DNA of 64,000 nucleotides from a virus: IMG/VR virus record IMGVR_UViG_3300028653_000010; one strand, 5' to 3'. Shown piece by piece: positions 19,087 to 28,361 of this stretch (position 1 is its first letter; each line of letters starts with the position of its first letter). The notes under the pieces were generated by a model. It saw only the letters and a program-made list of their open reading frames with translations, ran no database searches and was not told where the DNA came from. The position numbers and the translations under genes were made by a program.

Positions 19087-19730
19087 GGAGTATCCTTTCG
19101 TACCGGGTTGGTATCTTTGATCTGTCGATCAAGTCACCAGGATTTATCGTGCAAGATACACCGGCGTGACTCATTATCGACTTAACTAGCTTCAAATCGT
19201 AATTCTCTATATTCTTGGATATCTCAAGAGTTAGTAGCGACTGATGCCCTAACGAGACGGAGGGTCCATTAATAACCCTACCCATACGTTGAACAGAAAG
19301 TACTACAGCAGTTGATCCTAAGTCCCCCTGAAACATAGCGGATAGATACCGAGACAGACGCTATAGAGCCATCTAACTCAACAGTGAACTTACTCACCTC
19401 ATCCACCACAATCAGGTTAGCTCTGTTCTTTTGGTTGCCCGGATGCAAGAGCTTAGACGTGAGGTGGGCTAGGTCCCCAACCGAGTTTAAGTTAGAAACT
19501 ACAGGGTACTTAGAAGAATAGCTATGCAAGCTACCCCCGTTTGGTTCAATCCACACAACTGAGAGGCCTCTATCATGAACCTGTTCACAGATCTTCTTAA
19601 GAACAGTAGTTTTCCCACTACCAGGAGCACCAACTAGCAAGCTCAAACCCCCGGTAGGGAACCCCCTGCAATCGCCATCTCCGGCAATCATCCTATCGAG
19701 GGCAGTGAACCCAGTAGATACGAATGGCAT
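19073..19730 (-). pseudogene. RecA/RadA/KaiC-like ATPase split by a frameshift near 19360
   Basis: STGFTALD...GAPGSGKTT...IVVDE in one frame continues as RLSRYLSAMFQGDLGSTAVVLSVQ in another. Confidence 0.7.
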
Positions 19731-20296
19731 TACAAGCTCGACTTCACTCTAGCAATGATCTCATCCCATGAACGGACTCTCAAATGATCGTAGCCCATGT
19801 CCCTAGTAGCCCTGGTATCCCATAGCATTGGTTCCATACAAGGATTTCCTTCAGCCCAACTTAGAACGTTGTCCAAGTTGTCATCCAAGAACCACTTACC
19901 CGCCACCGCATACTTCGAGCTGGCAAGGTAGACGTCCCCTTTTGGCATTCCGAACTCTCGTTCAAGCCAGGCATAACGTTCATCGAACCACTCACTATGA
20001 AACGGCCAAGTCACAGCAAGCACCTTGACTAGGCCCTGCAACTCACGAATTGCTTCCTTGGCCCCAGGTAGAACTGAGAGGGACGCACAGAACCCAGGAG
20101 CCCCCATTATCTGAAAAGCCTGCTTCTTTTGATCTTCGTCTAACACACTGAAGTAATCCCAAACTGTAAAGTCATCGGGCGCATACACCCCCCCAGAGAC
20201 ATTATTGATGATCTGTAGAACTCGAGGCCGAAGGTCCGCTAGGACATCGTCGACATCAACAAGGAATCTACGATTAGCTAGGGGTACCAATGGCAT
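19730..20296 (-). CDS. HAD-family 5'(3')-deoxyribonucleotidase
   Basis: DVDDVLAD motif I, PGAKEA, FLDDN. Confidence 0.85.
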   Translation of the reverse strand: MPLVPLANRRFLVDVDDVLADLRPRVLQIINNVSGGVYAPDDFTVWDYFSVLDEDQKKQAFQIMGAPGFCASLSVLPGAKEAIRELQGLVKVLAVTWPFHSEWFDERYAWLEREFGMPKGDVYLASSKYAVAGKWFLDDNLDNVLSWAEGNPCMEPMLWDTRATRDMGYDHLRVRSWDEIIARVKSSL

Positions 20297-20304
20297 TCCC
20301 CTCT

Positions 20305-20312
20305 TACACCGA
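20305..20312 (-). promoter_or_regulatory. TCGGTGTA motif
   Basis: 8 nt upstream of ATG 20296. Confidence 0.6.
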
Positions 20313-20316
20313 TGAA

Positions 20317-20562
20317 TCAGTCCTTGTCACGTGCTTCAGCAATATTCTGCAGCACTCTAGAGTAACGGTCGGTATCGGTCTTCCATCCGTCAATTCGATG
20401 ATCAAGAGCGGCTTTGACCTGATCTTGTTCTTCTAGGGTACGGGCGCGCTGGTAGAGAGCGCGGAACCCATCAGCCTCTTGCTTGTTGAGGAACCCGGAA
20501 AGCTCGTAGGCCGATACTGCAATAACGTAGCTATTCTTCCGTTTCCGAAGGAGGCTGCTCAC
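20317..20562 (-). CDS. hypothetical protein with DRYSRVL near the C-terminus
   Basis: GTG 20562 is the likely start (the ORF track gives 20604). Confidence 0.55.
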   Translation of the reverse strand: MSSLLRKRKNSYVIAVSAYELSGFLNKQEADGFRALYQRARTLEEQDQVKAALDHRIDGWKTDTDRYSRVLQNIAEARDKD

Positions 20563-20815
20563 TGCCCGATGGTAGCGTAAGTCCGTAAAGCGGTCTACCC
20601 CCAAAAGTCATAGTTAAATCCTGATGTGGTAGTGGTTGAATCTCGTCCAACCGATGATACTCGAGTACTTTGACTTCTAGGCACCCGAGCTCCCTTAGAA
20701 ACTCTGGTAGGTCATCAATAACCCTATTGAAGACGTCGATCCCCTCACCGATGATCAGAGCGCGCGAGGGTATTAGGACTTCGTCCTTGGATTGAACCTT
20801 GAAGGAATAGAACAT
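20531..20815 (-). CDS. hypothetical protein
   Basis: TGATG coupling with the upstream gene. Confidence 0.6.
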   Translation of the reverse strand: MFYSFKVQSKDEVLIPSRALIIGEGIDVFNRVIDDLPEFLRELGCLEVKVLEYHRLDEIQPLPHQDLTMTFGGRPLYGLTLPSGSEQPPSETEE

Positions 20816-21993
20816 CAGGCTACCTCGACGCTGACTCCGGATGTGAAGTCCCCGTTTATGATGATAATATCAACGAAGTCCCAGCGAACATGAAGAGTGA
20901 CCTCTGCAGCAGACTCAATAGTCCAGCGGTCATGCACCTCTCGATTGTTGGTACCTATCTTGTTCTCGTCAAGCTCTAGGTACCCTGCCTGTCGATACAC
21001 ATGGAGGGCTATGTTTGATGGACCTTGGGCCGAGAATACTCGGCAACCCTTGTCCAATAAGGCCCGAGCCAGGTTAGGTTCACAGAACCACATACCACCT
21101 GTCCCATGATCCTCGATAGCTCCTGCTATCCCGTCTACAGGCCATAGATCCTCTCGTGCGCGGGCTGCTTCCTGCAGGAGGGTGCTGACTATCGATCGCT
21201 TCCACGACGACGTCACAGCAGCCAACGTGGCGGTCAGGGGGTCGAACTTCGGGTTGGACGTGAGCTGATCCTGAATCTTTCTTTGAACCCGACTCCAAAG
21301 AATGATCTTGAGAGGCGTGCAAGGCTCAGTGAGACTACCGCCTACTGGAAAGTAATCCAAGAGAGATGAGTACCCAGAATCAGACTTCTTCTCGAAAGCA
21401 TGGCCAACCGAGTCCTGGACTTCTTGAGCAAGGCTAAGTCGACCTTCCCTTGATAGGATCAAGGTTCTCCGGTCACCCTCCTCTCGTTGCAACTCCGTCT
21501 GGTTCAATCGAGAGAGAGCAAGTGTTCGCACGTTCTTCTCACGCTCATGCTCGAATGACCAGTAACTCAGGAAAGCCTCGACGTCAGGCCTAATCATCAC
21601 TCCCCGCTCGACTGTATTACCACTCTCGCGCATGACAGGGGAGGCCTCATACAGGCTGTCCTCAGAGATCTTGGCTATCGCTTTGCCGGTATCCTTGGAG
21701 ACCAGAAGGATCCCATCGCCAATCTGTTCGAACTCGTCGGCTAGGTACTCAGAAACATCCTGAATCTCATCGTGCGGGTAGATCTCATGCAGTACTCCGA
21801 GAAGCCGTTGACGGTCAACACGAACAGGAGCGTCTAGATCACGCTCCATTTGGGCATCAAGGAATACCTGACGAATCGATTCATTCTGTGGTAATATCAG
21901 ACGAATCGATCTCAGCAAGTTTGAATTTGGATTGGCAGAGCTGACAACCTCAATGTCTAGACTTGCTGAGTCCGATACTACCAAGTTGGGCAT
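20815..21993 (-). CDS. hypothetical protein
   Basis: 392-aa ORF; ATGGTGTA motif (22003-22010) 9 nt upstream. Confidence 0.75.
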   Translation of the reverse strand: MPNLVVSDSASLDIEVVSSANPNSNLLRSIRLILPQNESIRQVFLDAQMERDLDAPVRVDRQRLLGVLHEIYPHDEIQDVSEYLADEFEQIGDGILLVSKDTGKAIAKISEDSLYEASPVMRESGNTVERGVMIRPDVEAFLSYWSFEHEREKNVRTLALSRLNQTELQREEGDRRTLILSREGRLSLAQEVQDSVGHAFEKKSDSGYSSLLDYFPVGGSLTEPCTPLKIILWSRVQRKIQDQLTSNPKFDPLTATLAAVTSSWKRSIVSTLLQEAARAREDLWPVDGIAGAIEDHGTGGMWFCEPNLARALLDKGCRVFSAQGPSNIALHVYRQAGYLELDENKIGTNNREVHDRWTIESAAEVTLHVRWDFVDIIIINGDFTSGVSVEVA

Positions 21994-22001
21994 GCACGCT
22001 A

Positions 22002-23570
22002 CTACACCATCAGCTTGAGACCAGACTTCCGACGCTTAGGGGACGCCAACTTAGCCTTGACCCCATCATCAGATTCTGGATTGTATCCGACCCAATCAAC
22101 CAACTCGTTGATTTCATCCTTCATGGTAGAAGTGATCCTCGACTTGGCCTTGAGTTCACTACAGAGAATTCCCTCATCCAGCATAGGCTTCTTTGCATTG
22201 AAGCTAGCGGTCATAGCAGACTCAACACACTGTTCGATCTCGCGACCCACTAAACCACTCGCGGCCTTCGCTAGATCCCCTAGCTGAAACGAGGAGATGT
22301 CCTGAGAGAAGTCGATTGCGTGAATCGTGAGAATGTCAATTATTGACTGTTCATCCGGTACGTCGAAGAAGAACCGATCCGGTAAACGGTTGACGATCTC
22401 GGGGGGCAAGTTTTTGAGTGAGTTTGCAGTCAGGATCATACTCACCGGGGCTTCCATTTCTTGGGCCCAGGTTGAAAGTATGCCTAGCATACGGCTCGTG
22501 GTACCAGCATCAGACTGAGCCGAAGAGGCACCACCCGCGAGAGACTTCTCAGCCTCATCGACCCAGACTGCACAGGGGGCAACCGTCTCGATAATCCGAA
22601 GTGCTTGAATCAGGTTGTTCTCAGACCTCCCTACCGCGGGGTTACGGAGTCGACCCAGCTCCAATTGAACTAGGGGCAGTTCCCACTCGGAGGCGAGAGC
22701 CTTAGCACTGAGAGACTTGCCGCACCCATAGACACCCATGAGCAGAACACCACGAGGGACCCTAAGCCCGAACTTACGACCCTCCGGGGTCCAGCAGGAC
22801 TTGGTAGCCAAAGCCCACTCCTTGAAGCGCTCAACACCCCCCACGGACGCGAAAGTGAACCGCTTGGTGTTGACAATCTGAACCAAGTCGGTCTTTCGGA
22901 TCTGCTTGCGCCGATACTCAGACACGAAATTAGGGTCAAGGACCTTCTCACCCCGCGGGTCCTCCATCGCCGATACCATGGCTTGGGTGACTACCTGGTC
23001 CACCTCGTAGCTCGTGAACCCACGGAACATACTGACGTAATCCGCAGGGGGTTCAATCTTGAAGTTGGCACAACTATCAGTGACCACCTTGCAGAGATCC
23101 TCTTGACCTAACCCGTGGAGCTCGACTACCTCGACGTAACGAGACAGCTTCTGAGGGATGTAGCGAGAACTACCAACGAAGATGAGACACTTGACAATCT
23201 GAGGGTCTTGGTGCAACTGGTGAATGATGTTGAGTACCCGACGAACCGCCAGTTCGTCATCCAGGATGATGTCCGGGTCAGTGAACAAGTAGAAGTGCTC
23301 GAACTCGCGAGGGTCATCCTGATAGACCTTCTGAAGAGCTGAGTGAAAATCCTGTTGCTCACCACGTGCATGCCGCCTCTCAATCCAGTCAGTGATTAGG
23401 TCATCAATCTTCAGCATACCAAAGGCACGGTTGAAGACGAATGTCCTATCCGCATACTTCGGCATTTGCTTACGGAACTCTTGAATGAAGGAGTCCTCTT
23501 CATCGGTTACAACGTAAATAACCCTGGTGAGAGCCCGCAGGTGATGAACTAACTCTGAGCTAAAAGGCAT
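22002..23570 (-). CDS. Ycf46-like AAA+ ATPase
   Basis: Degenerate N-terminal AAA domain (YVVTDEED), then GVYGCGKS, VWVDEAEK, DAGTTSR, TAN, FFDVP. Confidence 0.85.
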   Translation of the reverse strand: MPFSSELVHHLRALTRVIYVVTDEEDSFIQEFRKQMPKYADRTFVFNRAFGMLKIDDLITDWIERRHARGEQQDFHSALQKVYQDDPREFEHFYLFTDPDIILDDELAVRRVLNIIHQLHQDPQIVKCLIFVGSSRYIPQKLSRYVEVVELHGLGQEDLCKVVTDSCANFKIEPPADYVSMFRGFTSYEVDQVVTQAMVSAMEDPRGEKVLDPNFVSEYRRKQIRKTDLVQIVNTKRFTFASVGGVERFKEWALATKSCWTPEGRKFGLRVPRGVLLMGVYGCGKSLSAKALASEWELPLVQLELGRLRNPAVGRSENNLIQALRIIETVAPCAVWVDEAEKSLAGGASSAQSDAGTTSRMLGILSTWAQEMEAPVSMILTANSLKNLPPEIVNRLPDRFFFDVPDEQSIIDILTIHAIDFSQDISSFQLGDLAKAASGLVGREIEQCVESAMTASFNAKKPMLDEGILCSELKAKSRITSTMKDEINELVDWVGYNPESDDGVKAKLASPKRRKSGLKLMV

Positions 23571-23600
23571 TCTGATACTCCCAATGAATGACGTGGATAC

Positions 23601-23608
23601 TACACCGA
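23601..23608 (-). promoter_or_regulatory. TCGGTGTA motif
   Basis: 30 nt upstream of the AAA ATG, just downstream of a hairpin. Confidence 0.55.
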
Positions 23609-23613
23609 AGAAA

Positions 23614-23656
23614 CACGAAAGCCCACAACTTTTTCAAGTATTGTGGGCCTTTCGTG
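23614..23656 (-). terminator. hairpin terminator
   Basis: CACGAAAGCCCACAA...TTGTGGGC(C)TTTCGTG inverted repeat with TTTCTT following on the minus strand. Confidence 0.65.
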
Positions 23657-23682
23657 GTTAAGGTCCAAGGGGGTCTAGTAGG

Positions 23683-24030
23683 TCAGGCTTCCTTGGAGCA
23701 ACAGAGAACGACAACCTTCTGGTTGTCGTTCATTCGCGTGAACTGGCTGGTTACCGACGTCCCGACCTTGAAGTGCATTTCCAAACGCTCCTCGACGGAG
23801 TACATCTGGCGCAGTGAGCCGATGTTGTCGTTCGTAGCTGAGACGTTCTGGTCTGTATCAGCCCCAGTAACCACGCCCGTCCGAGTATCGATCTCGGTTT
23901 CCCGATAGGCGCCGGTCTGAAGCGTCAAGCGAGTCCCGCTCTCACAGAAAGCGATGTTGTTTCTGGTCAATGCCCTCTTGGCAATGTCCATGTTCTTGAT
24001 TGTGGTTTCGAACCTTGCTCGATGTGACAT
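23683..24030 (-). CDS. DUF1257/Ycf35-like protein
   Basis: MSH...ETTIKN...KRAL N-terminus and LRQMYS...; adjacent to the Ycf46-like AAA gene. Confidence 0.6.
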   Translation of the reverse strand: MSHRARFETTIKNMDIAKRALTRNNIAFCESGTRLTLQTGAYRETEIDTRTGVVTGADTDQNVSATNDNIGSLRQMYSVEERLEMHFKVGTSVTSQFTRMNDNQKVVVLCCSKEA

Positions 24031-24096
24031 AGAAACTAACCCTTTCGAAGGTTATGATGAAATCCTAGTGTCTAGTTGTTCTCAAAGGTAGAAAAA

Positions 24097-24282
24097 TCAG
24101 GAGTGAGTCTCGTGGACCTCGTCTCGGAAGCCACTAGGTACCTTCTCATCACTCACCATATTGCCCATTGCTGCATACTGCTGGACAATACCATCACATT
24201 TTTGACCTGTGATACCCTTGATGTGACCCGTTTCGACATGACCGTCCGGGAACACTTCTTCTTCCCAAGTTGCCTGCGCCAT
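24097..24282 (-). CDS. DUF2997-like protein
   Basis: VFPDGHVE...KGITGQKC; AGGAG SD; CCGGTGTA motif at 24302-24309. Confidence 0.65.
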   Translation of the reverse strand: MAQATWEEEVFPDGHVETGHIKGITGQKCDGIVQQYAAMGNMVSDEKVPSGFRDEVHETHS

Positions 24283-24292
24283 TTGATTACTC

Positions 24293-24916
24293 CTATTTTG
24301 ATACACCGGAACCAGATCCAAATCTGACAGTAGCCCCGGCCTTGACAATTACTTCAGAAGGCGTACTTTGCTCTGGTGCCCCCCAAGAGTCAATAGTTTT
24401 CTTGGGCCTACCCAAGGCATCGGATGGTCTAGGAGCCCCAGGCAAGTACTGCTCGTTACTCACAGGAGTATTCATTAGCAAAGTGTCTCTGGAAATGGAA
24501 GGGGCTGTGTTAGTTGGCTGAAAATACACCTGGGGCGGCTCGTCGTTCGTGGGTACCTCTTCTATGACTGGCTCATTTAGAAGTTCTGGTACAAATTCCT
24601 TTTGGGGTTCAGGGGAGCTCTCACCTCCCCAACCGCGGACCACTAGAGACTCTTGAATCGGAGTGAACTCCTTACGTGAGATATCCTCGAACCGCGGGTC
24701 ATCTTGATCCATTCTGGGAACATTCAAGAATAGTCGGTCTTGCCAAGTAGCGACCCTTTGGTCAAACTTAGTCGATCCGTGAGTACTCCGCGTGCACTCA
24801 GGTTGAAGACAACGCGCGCAGTAGGCAGCACCGAAAGTATCGAAGGGAAGAGGCTCCTTGACCTGCTTGCTGACTTGGGCGTGGCAATCTTTGAGGAAGT
24901 CTCGTCTATTGGACAC
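24293..24916 (-). CDS. hypothetical protein with Cys-rich N-terminus
   Basis: C...YCARCLQPEC; overlaps the polymerase stop. Confidence 0.7.
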   Translation of the reverse strand: MSNRRDFLKDCHAQVSKQVKEPLPFDTFGAAYCARCLQPECTRSTHGSTKFDQRVATWQDRLFLNVPRMDQDDPRFEDISRKEFTPIQESLVVRGWGGESSPEPQKEFVPELLNEPVIEEVPTNDEPPQVYFQPTNTAPSISRDTLLMNTPVSNEQYLPGAPRPSDALGRPKKTIDSWGAPEQSTPSEVIVKAGATVRFGSGSGVSK

Positions 24917-27914
24917 TGGCGACTCCGAGGTTCAATCGGTCTATCTCTCTCCCGAAAAGGTTTGGGTCCACTGTAATCTTCATCTCAGGGCCAATTAGGG
25001 TTTGGTTGGACTCGGTATCGATGAGGACCAGTACCTTACCCTTGGGGTCATAGAATTGCATGCAAAGACCAGCCACTTCTCGAATCGACCTTCTGGTCAG
25101 GTTCAGGCTTTTCAATCCGACAAGGAAGTTCTCCTTCCCATTGCCATTGCCGTTACCGTTGGTCGGGGGCGCGCTAGGGCGAGTATCAACTGGCTTGGGT
25201 TCATTCTTTGGTTCTGACTTGGCTTCTACCTTTGGGCTCGCTACTTTTAGGGTCTCCGCCGGAGGTGGTGGATCACCTGCAGGTGGGCTTCCGCTCGGCT
25301 CATCCGGTTTCGTCCCAGCCTTCATGTAGTCTGGTACCAAAATGTCCTTAAGCCAAGGGGGTGGTGCTTGATAGTACCTGTCTCCAACCTTGATGTCTGA
25401 GTCCTTTGGTTTCTTACCGGACTCGGGGATGTAACCCTTCATGATCTTGTGGAAGTCGTACTTCGGATCCCAGTGGGCATCGATCAGGGGTTCAACCTCC
25501 AACTGAACCTTCCACTTCTTCATCCTGCCCGGTTCCGTCATAATGCGCTCGATGACGGGCATGATCTCCATGAGCATCTCGTGCTTGACCTCAAACACTA
25601 TTTCATCGTGTACTGTCAACATGAAGCGGGCTTTGGGGTCATCCCCTTGGATCCACCCTTGCTTGGAGAACTCCTTGTAGAGCATCACCATGGCCATCTT
25701 CATGATGTCCGCACCACTACCTTGAATCGGGTAGTTCAGTGAGTAGCGTTCGCATGCGGCTACTATGGCCTTATCAGGTGAATCCACATCAGGAACAGCC
25801 ATCCACCGACCGAAGGCTGTGTAGACGCCCTTGTCCCTTCTAACTAGAGCTTTCTGCTTCTTGACCCACTCAGAGAATACAGGCATAGCCTTATCGAAGT
25901 TCTGCTTCCTTCGAGCGGCTTCCTGTTGACTGCACTTAGTGGCCCTCATGATCGCCATGGTTCCGCCACCATACACGAGGGAGAAGTTGGCCATCTTACC
26001 CTGTTGGCGCTGTTGCTTGGTGATCTCGTTGCCAAAGAAGGCCTTGGCTGTGATCGTATGCAAGTCCCCAGATCCCTCGTTGAACTCCTTGATCCACACT
26101 GGCTCCCCGGAGAGGTTAGTTACAATACGCAACTCCTCACCAGCAAAGTCAACCTTGACCATGGTGTACCCAGTTCGGGCGACGAAGGCCTTACGCAAGG
26201 CAGTTGCTACCTTGGGCTTCTTCTCATCGTAGGTCGATGGGATACCGTGGATAGGGATGCCACCATACCCGTGAGCAGGATCTCCCGAGGGGGCGGTGAA
26301 GCGTCCGGTAGGTGCTCCGGTCTGCTTGAACTGGTATCTCAACTCGGAGTTCTCGTCACAGTTGTTCAACATGCCTGTGAGGTAGGTGCCAATCACCTTC
26401 TCTACCTGCCGGAACTTCACAATAGTGATTAGAATCGGGTTGATGTCAGGGTGGTTTTCAACCAACTTCTCAAGGGTATCGGCATCAGTCTTGTACTGAT
26501 TCCTGATCTCGTCCTTAGTCTTCTCCGGCTTGGGCTCTATGTTTAGCCCGTTGGGGCTTGCGAACAGGAACTCACTGAGTTGTTGAGTTGATTGAGGATC
26601 GAATCCAGAGAAGCCCTTCTGCTCAGCAAGAGCAACGATCTGCTTGCGGTAACCGTCAGCCTCCTCTCGAGCATCAGAGAACAACTTGCGGACGTACTCA
26701 TGGTCAATCTTGATACGGTTGCGCTCCATCCATCTGAGAACTTGGACAACCTGCTTCTCAATTCGATAGATCCCAGCGAACTTCTTGTCTTTGATAGCAG
26801 ACTGAATCTCTGGGTGATCACAGTGGAGGTAGGTGCAAATAGCGTCTGCACAAGCGTAGTAGCGTACCTCATCCGGACTAAGAGACCCGAACTCGATAGG
26901 CCTCCCTCGTCGGAACAAGTCCTTCAGCTCAATCATCTCGTAGTTGATGTAGGTCCCTGTTGGAGACTCTTCCACGAGCTCATGCTTTGCGTTCTTGGGG
27001 TCTGGCTTGATATGCGCAGTGATGAAGTCTGCACCTCGCTTGACCTTGAGCTTCTTTTTGCTCTTGTCTTTGAGGCTGAGGTTCTTGTCGTTCGTGTAGA
27101 TGCAGTAGTACACTAACATCCCATCCTCGAATGACTCTGGATGCCAGAAGTCGATCCCAGTGACAGGGAGCAAGAACTCCTGGTCGAACTTTGCATGCCA
27201 AAAGAATAGCTTTACCTTGGCGGGCTCGATTAGCGGGCTAGCCAGGGGGTCGATGACTCTACCCTCTGGCTTGATAACCGGTTGGGATGCCAGACACAGC
27301 TTTTTGATGAGCTTTCCAACTGCGACAAGGTCCAGGTTAGCCTTGGATCCTTCGTCAGTATGGCGAACTGGAACATAGTATCCAGTGTAGCCATCGGGAC
27401 TTAGGCAGTAGCCTACGATCTTGTGAACAGTTTGCAAGACACGAGCCGGTCTCGGACCATCCCAGTATTCCTCAAACGGACCCCGAATACTGTCAGGGTT
27501 CCTATTGTAGATCCTGTTGTCCAAACCCTGGGTTTCAAGATCCAAGGAGCACTTGCCAGTCTTGAATGCCTGTTCAATAACCCCCTCGAGTTGCTCGATG
27601 GAGTCGACAATCACGAACTCGTGATAGTACATCCACGCCTTGAAGATATCCGTTAGCTGGGGCTCAACAGAAGTCCCCATGCTATCCATGATCGCTTCAG
27701 GGTCCATGTCGTCATCCCCTGAGTCATCATCACTGAAGAAGGACCTCACGGGCGCGGGGGCTGGCGGGGGCGTGCTCGGAACCTCGGGCGGAGTATCATC
27801 CCCTGCATCGTCAGTAAACACCTTGGGTGGTTCCTTGGGGGCCGCCTTCGGGCTAGGTTGGATGCTAGCTAGAACCTCTTCAAGATCCAAATCATCGAGA
27901 TCAGTGTCAGCCAT
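24906..27914 (-). CDS. polA: family A DNA polymerase with 3'-5' exonuclease
   Basis: Exo I DLET, Exo II HAKFD, Exo III YACAD; TGR; motif A DFAGEELR; motif B RQQGKMANFSLVYG; motif C VHDE. Confidence 0.95.
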   Translation of the reverse strand: MADTDLDDLDLEEVLASIQPSPKAAPKEPPKVFTDDAGDDTPPEVPSTPPPAPAPVRSFFSDDDSGDDDMDPEAIMDSMGTSVEPQLTDIFKAWMYYHEFVIVDSIEQLEGVIEQAFKTGKCSLDLETQGLDNRIYNRNPDSIRGPFEEYWDGPRPARVLQTVHKIVGYCLSPDGYTGYYVPVRHTDEGSKANLDLVAVGKLIKKLCLASQPVIKPEGRVIDPLASPLIEPAKVKLFFWHAKFDQEFLLPVTGIDFWHPESFEDGMLVYYCIYTNDKNLSLKDKSKKKLKVKRGADFITAHIKPDPKNAKHELVEESPTGTYINYEMIELKDLFRRGRPIEFGSLSPDEVRYYACADAICTYLHCDHPEIQSAIKDKKFAGIYRIEKQVVQVLRWMERNRIKIDHEYVRKLFSDAREEADGYRKQIVALAEQKGFSGFDPQSTQQLSEFLFASPNGLNIEPKPEKTKDEIRNQYKTDADTLEKLVENHPDINPILITIVKFRQVEKVIGTYLTGMLNNCDENSELRYQFKQTGAPTGRFTAPSGDPAHGYGGIPIHGIPSTYDEKKPKVATALRKAFVARTGYTMVKVDFAGEELRIVTNLSGEPVWIKEFNEGSGDLHTITAKAFFGNEITKQQRQQGKMANFSLVYGGGTMAIMRATKCSQQEAARRKQNFDKAMPVFSEWVKKQKALVRRDKGVYTAFGRWMAVPDVDSPDKAIVAACERYSLNYPIQGSGADIMKMAMVMLYKEFSKQGWIQGDDPKARFMLTVHDEIVFEVKHEMLMEIMPVIERIMTEPGRMKKWKVQLEVEPLIDAHWDPKYDFHKIMKGYIPESGKKPKDSDIKVGDRYYQAPPPWLKDILVPDYMKAGTKPDEPSGSPPAGDPPPPAETLKVASPKVEAKSEPKNEPKPVDTRPSAPPTNGNGNGNGKENFLVGLKSLNLTRRSIREVAGLCMQFYDPKGKVLVLIDTESNQTLIGPEMKITVDPNLFGREIDRLNLGVASVQ

Positions 27915-27920
27915 AAATCC

Positions 27921-28361
27921 CTATTGACCTTCCACAAGTTCAGAGTGGACGACCACGACTAGATACACCCCCGCCCGCCACATCCGGACGAAGTCACCAG
28001 CTAATCTTCTTGCCTCAAGATCTTCAATCCCCGCAGGCTCAAAGCACGAAGGCATCTTCTTATACAACGGAACACACTCTTTCTTGTGATAAAACGGACA
28101 GTGTATTCTTCGATCACACAATGAATTAGGGAGCTTCCGTAAAGCTCCCTCAGGGGGGATACCCAGCGCCTTAATGAAGGGTCGAGTGAAACCCTTGAGC
28201 GCATGGTCCATCATCTCTTGTGAAACAACCGTTAGTAGCTTGGTGATAGCCTCACCTTGCAATGGTCGCCACTCCTCTTCCCACACCTCACCGTACTGGT
28301 AGATCAGGTAGAGGTTGAGATCACCCATCTCGTGGGTATTGAGATTAAGCTCCCTCGGCAC
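27921..28361 (-). CDS. hypothetical Cys-cluster protein
   Basis: CDRRIHCPFYHKKEC...SCFEP. Confidence 0.7.
   Translation of the reverse strand: MPRELNLNTHEMGDLNLYLIYQYGEVWEEEWRPLQGEAITKLLTVVSQEMMDHALKGFTRPFIKALGIPPEGALRKLPNSLCDRRIHCPFYHKKECVPLYKKMPSCFEPAGIEDLEARRLAGDFVRMWRAGVYLVVVVHSELVEGQ

Noticed and set aside
25002-27927. Several plus-strand ORFs antisense to polA, and similar ones across the tail genes
   Set aside because: Shadow ORFs with no motifs or expression signals
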